From Hormiphora californensis (taxonomy: Eukaryota; Animalia; Ctenophora), in NCBI GenBank assembly GCA_020137815.1, contig CM035362.1, positions 1,364,001 to 1,428,000 of the forward strand: 64,000 nucleotides of DNA, written 5' to 3'. This document shows, piece after piece, positions 61,114 through 64,000 of the stretch. Position 1 is the first letter of the stretch, and each line of letters begins with the position of its first letter. The translations under genes were made by a program, and so were the position numbers. Below the pieces are notes generated by a model. The model did no database searches and was not told where the DNA came from. It saw only the letters and a list, made by a program, of their open reading frames with translations.

Positions 61114-61585
61114 TCATTGGCCCTTAGCTCGGAAGCCCTACAGACACTTTTGATAACAACATAAAACCAGGTTTAAAGCAACTGAAAGCACTGGTAAAAC
61201 AGATGATAATATTTGCATTATATGTACCTTGATAGTGTTCAATAACTGTTGGTCGTTATAAACATCCTGTCCAATCAGGTGGAGAATTCCTGAAACAGAG
61301 ATATATCAACCTCCTTTAGTCTTTTTGGGGTATATTCAAACAGGTACAGTACCAACTCATTGTATATTGTTTTATGCAAACCAAATCACATACTTTTAAT
61401 ACTCAGCAAGAGTTTTGCAACATAATAATCGATAATTAATATTGATATTTAATTACAGTACCTGTGTCTTGACTCAGTAGGATGTCCTCCTCTCTATGCT
61501 CAGTAAACAGGGTACTATTGAGTGTCCAGGTAGTGTTGAAGCTCTGTGGACTGCTACAGGACCTCTCAAGAGCACTTTCATTCAT
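61114..61585 (-). CDS. Small 3-exon ORF (about 69 aa) or alternative 3' exons of the upstream gene
   Basis: Phase-consistent exons 61586-61462, 61289-61228, 61137-61114: MNESALERSC...LLSQDT|GILHLIGQ...NTIK|GFRAKGQ*. Confidence 0.35.
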
Positions 61586-61923
61586 GCTAAAGTATTGGGG
61601 GTTAAAGTTAACATAGTGTAGGGGGAGATATTAAAATAGGTAGCTGTAAAAACGGACAACTTTCGGCAGTTTTATCTCTCAAATATTTTTCTCTGATTTT
61701 CTCAATCGCATTAAATAAATTACTAAACACATCATCAAAACTGTAACTATTTTGTAACCAAACTCGCCTAATTAGTCACACCTCTAACCAGTCACATCTA
61801 TTATAGGTTAAACACCTCTAGACTCAAAGTTCAGAGAACTAAATAAGATCATATTGTGTGTGTTATAAGTGTAAAGTGTCCCCCAATATCTGAGCTCTTC
61901 AAAACATTATATTTCCATCATCA

Positions 61924-62137
61924 TCAGATATTCTCCCTTCTTCTTCCTTCTCTTCCTCTTTCTTCACAAACACCTCATCTTCCTCTTCCTCATCATCTTC
62001 ATCATCATCGAGGATGATCTCATCTGGATCGGTAACTAGGGGGTCCGATATCAGTTTCTGTTGACCTGAGAATTGGATAAATGTGGGTGTTAGTGATACA
62101 TTCCGTCAGTGTAAAGCATAAAAGGGAGAGGCAGAGA

Positions 62138-62181
<44 letters not shown>

Positions 62182-63513
62182 GAGAGGGAGAAAGATGCCA
62201 AAAACAAACATCCCTCCCATTATGTGTGACTTCCCAATAAGTTTCCCTCACACACACGCCACCATTCCGACAAACAGACGTATAACTAGCAAAGTGTTAC
62301 AATGACCTGTTACACAAATCTTGCACACACACAAATTCACAAAACAATAAATGTTTCACAGCTTGGAAGTTTGAATGGAACCGGACAATGCACAAAATAA
62401 AGCTGCTATATATTGGGAAATGGAATTGAGTTTAGACATTCTTTGCGTAGGGTACATGTCGAGTTGGCCGTGTGGCCAAAATCTTTATTATTATTATTAT
62501 TATATGTACCGGGGAAGGTAGGTGAATCTTTAGGAGGTTCAGGGGTTGTTAGATTTGAACTTGGTCGACTGTTACGAGGTTTACCCTGTAGTTTAGCACA
62601 GTATCCCGCAAACGCTTCACTCACATAAATATGGGACCTGAAAATACGGAGATCAATAAGAGATATACAGGGTGTCTCATATATTCTCTGTGTCGGTTGT
62701 ACATGGTTATTACATAGTTTCGGCTAGTACATTTTATTAGCACCAATACTTGAGTCCTTGTTCCACAAACCTATACGTGTGTTTATCCTCCACGTTGATT
62801 CCCTGCCAGGGGTCAGACAACATGCCGTAATTGAAATACCCTCCCTTTCCTCCCCCGGATCTTGGTCCAGATCGGGCCATAGATCCACCACGGTGATTGT
62901 TACCGCCACGACCACCTCCGCCACCCCACCCACCACCGCCACCGCCTCGGCCGCCACCACCACCTCGGCCGCTGTCACATCTCTGTGTGGGGATGTGTGC
63001 TTGTAAAAAGGTGTGAATGGGACAGATTACATTTTACAATATAATACCGCACGTATATATAAGTATAGTTAGTTAATAGTACTTTGTCAAACTTGATATA
63101 TCTCTATTAACTCACCCCCATTCCACCGTTCCGATGATTATTATTCTGGTGTTGAGGGGGTCCTCTACCGGCCATACCAGGTGGTCCTCCAATACCCATC
63201 ATCATCATCACTCCCCCTTCTCGTCCCCCTCCTTCTCTTCCTCCCCCTTCACCACTTCTGGGTCTGAAACGGCAGGAAATGTCTTACACGAGAGTAATGT
63301 TATACACAGTTTACCAGCGTTTAAATGGTGATTTCTTCTACATGACGTGCCATTCACATCATTGAATAATTTTATCTACTGAACAATATACCTGCTAGGA
63401 TCGTGTGGTACTCCGGGTGGGTATGGTTGGAAGTTATTGTTCCCTCGGCGCATAAACTTCTTTCCCCGGCCACCCGATCGGAAGTTTGGATCATACATTG
63501 GCGTATTTGACAT
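61924..63513 (-). CDS. RGG/Gly-rich protein with MPLKIP(TTDN1)-like motif and acidic tail
   Basis: Exons 63513-63392, 63263-63116, 62982-62777, 62637-62510, 62065-61924; GGYFNYGMLSDPWQGI resembles the YF-x3-MLEDPW motif; tail DPDEIILDDDEDDEEEEDE. Confidence 0.65.
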
Positions 63514-64000
63514 GGTGCTGTGGGATTCAAAGTTGTTATACAATTACACAAATCCTCTGTTATTTGCGACACATACCAGACCACGGTAGCGACGGAACGA
63601 AGACAGTGAAAATCCGCTGGCAAGCTGTTATAGTCAGATGTTTAGTGAGTCAGTGCACTGGGCGCCGTAACGATCTGTACTGGGCGTTTACAGGTGCCGG
63701 GTGCGTGCCACCAAAATTACCATACACTAAAATGGCTCTAACCTCCAAACGGTCCAAACGGCTCAACTGGTTTGGCTAATCCAAAGTTCATCTCATAGCA
63801 AGTCTAAAGCCCTGAAGCGGTAAAACCAGACCGAACCGCAGCCCTAACCCTAAAAATCCGTGAGTGCTGACACAGAAAACACAAATACAAATACAAAAAC
63901 AATTATAATTTATATCCCGCTTTTGGGCCTATGCATTGTTAGTGCTAGGAGGACGCCGTTTCAATCAGTCGATTGAAGCAACGCACCCACTTTAACGTTT

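Noticed and set aside
63842-63853. Telomeric CCCTAA repeat
   Set aside because: Only two units; consistent with chance

Overview
Intron-rich animal genomic DNA. A ctenophore source is likely but inferred only: the secreted domain at 24884-25327 resembles a family I associate with comb jellies, and nested intronic genes are common. The assembly is error-prone, with 1-bp indels even in CCDC40 and garbled stretches at about 7150-9780 and 49690-50150. Left to right: the 3' part of a kelch-repeat gene with an unexplained 208-aa ORF in an intron; a tandem cluster of four intronless MATH(-MATH)-BTB gene copies; CCDC40, preceded by three candidate alternative N-terminal modules sharing a 22-aa motif and hosting a nested antisense secreted gene; an ECT2-like BRCT-DH-PH gene (- strand); a further F-type-lectin-like gene; and an RGG-rich protein with an MPLKIP-like motif. 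The 13.7-kb ECT2 intron hides a tandem family of secreted F-type-lectin-like genes, one carrying about 340 copies of a coding VVDPDP hexapeptide while its sister paralog has none. Non-autonomous Helitrons, TA-TSD MITEs, G-run-terminated TIR elements and microsatellites fill the introns. Exon boundaries were read by eye (GT-AG plus frame continuity) and lack transcript support.
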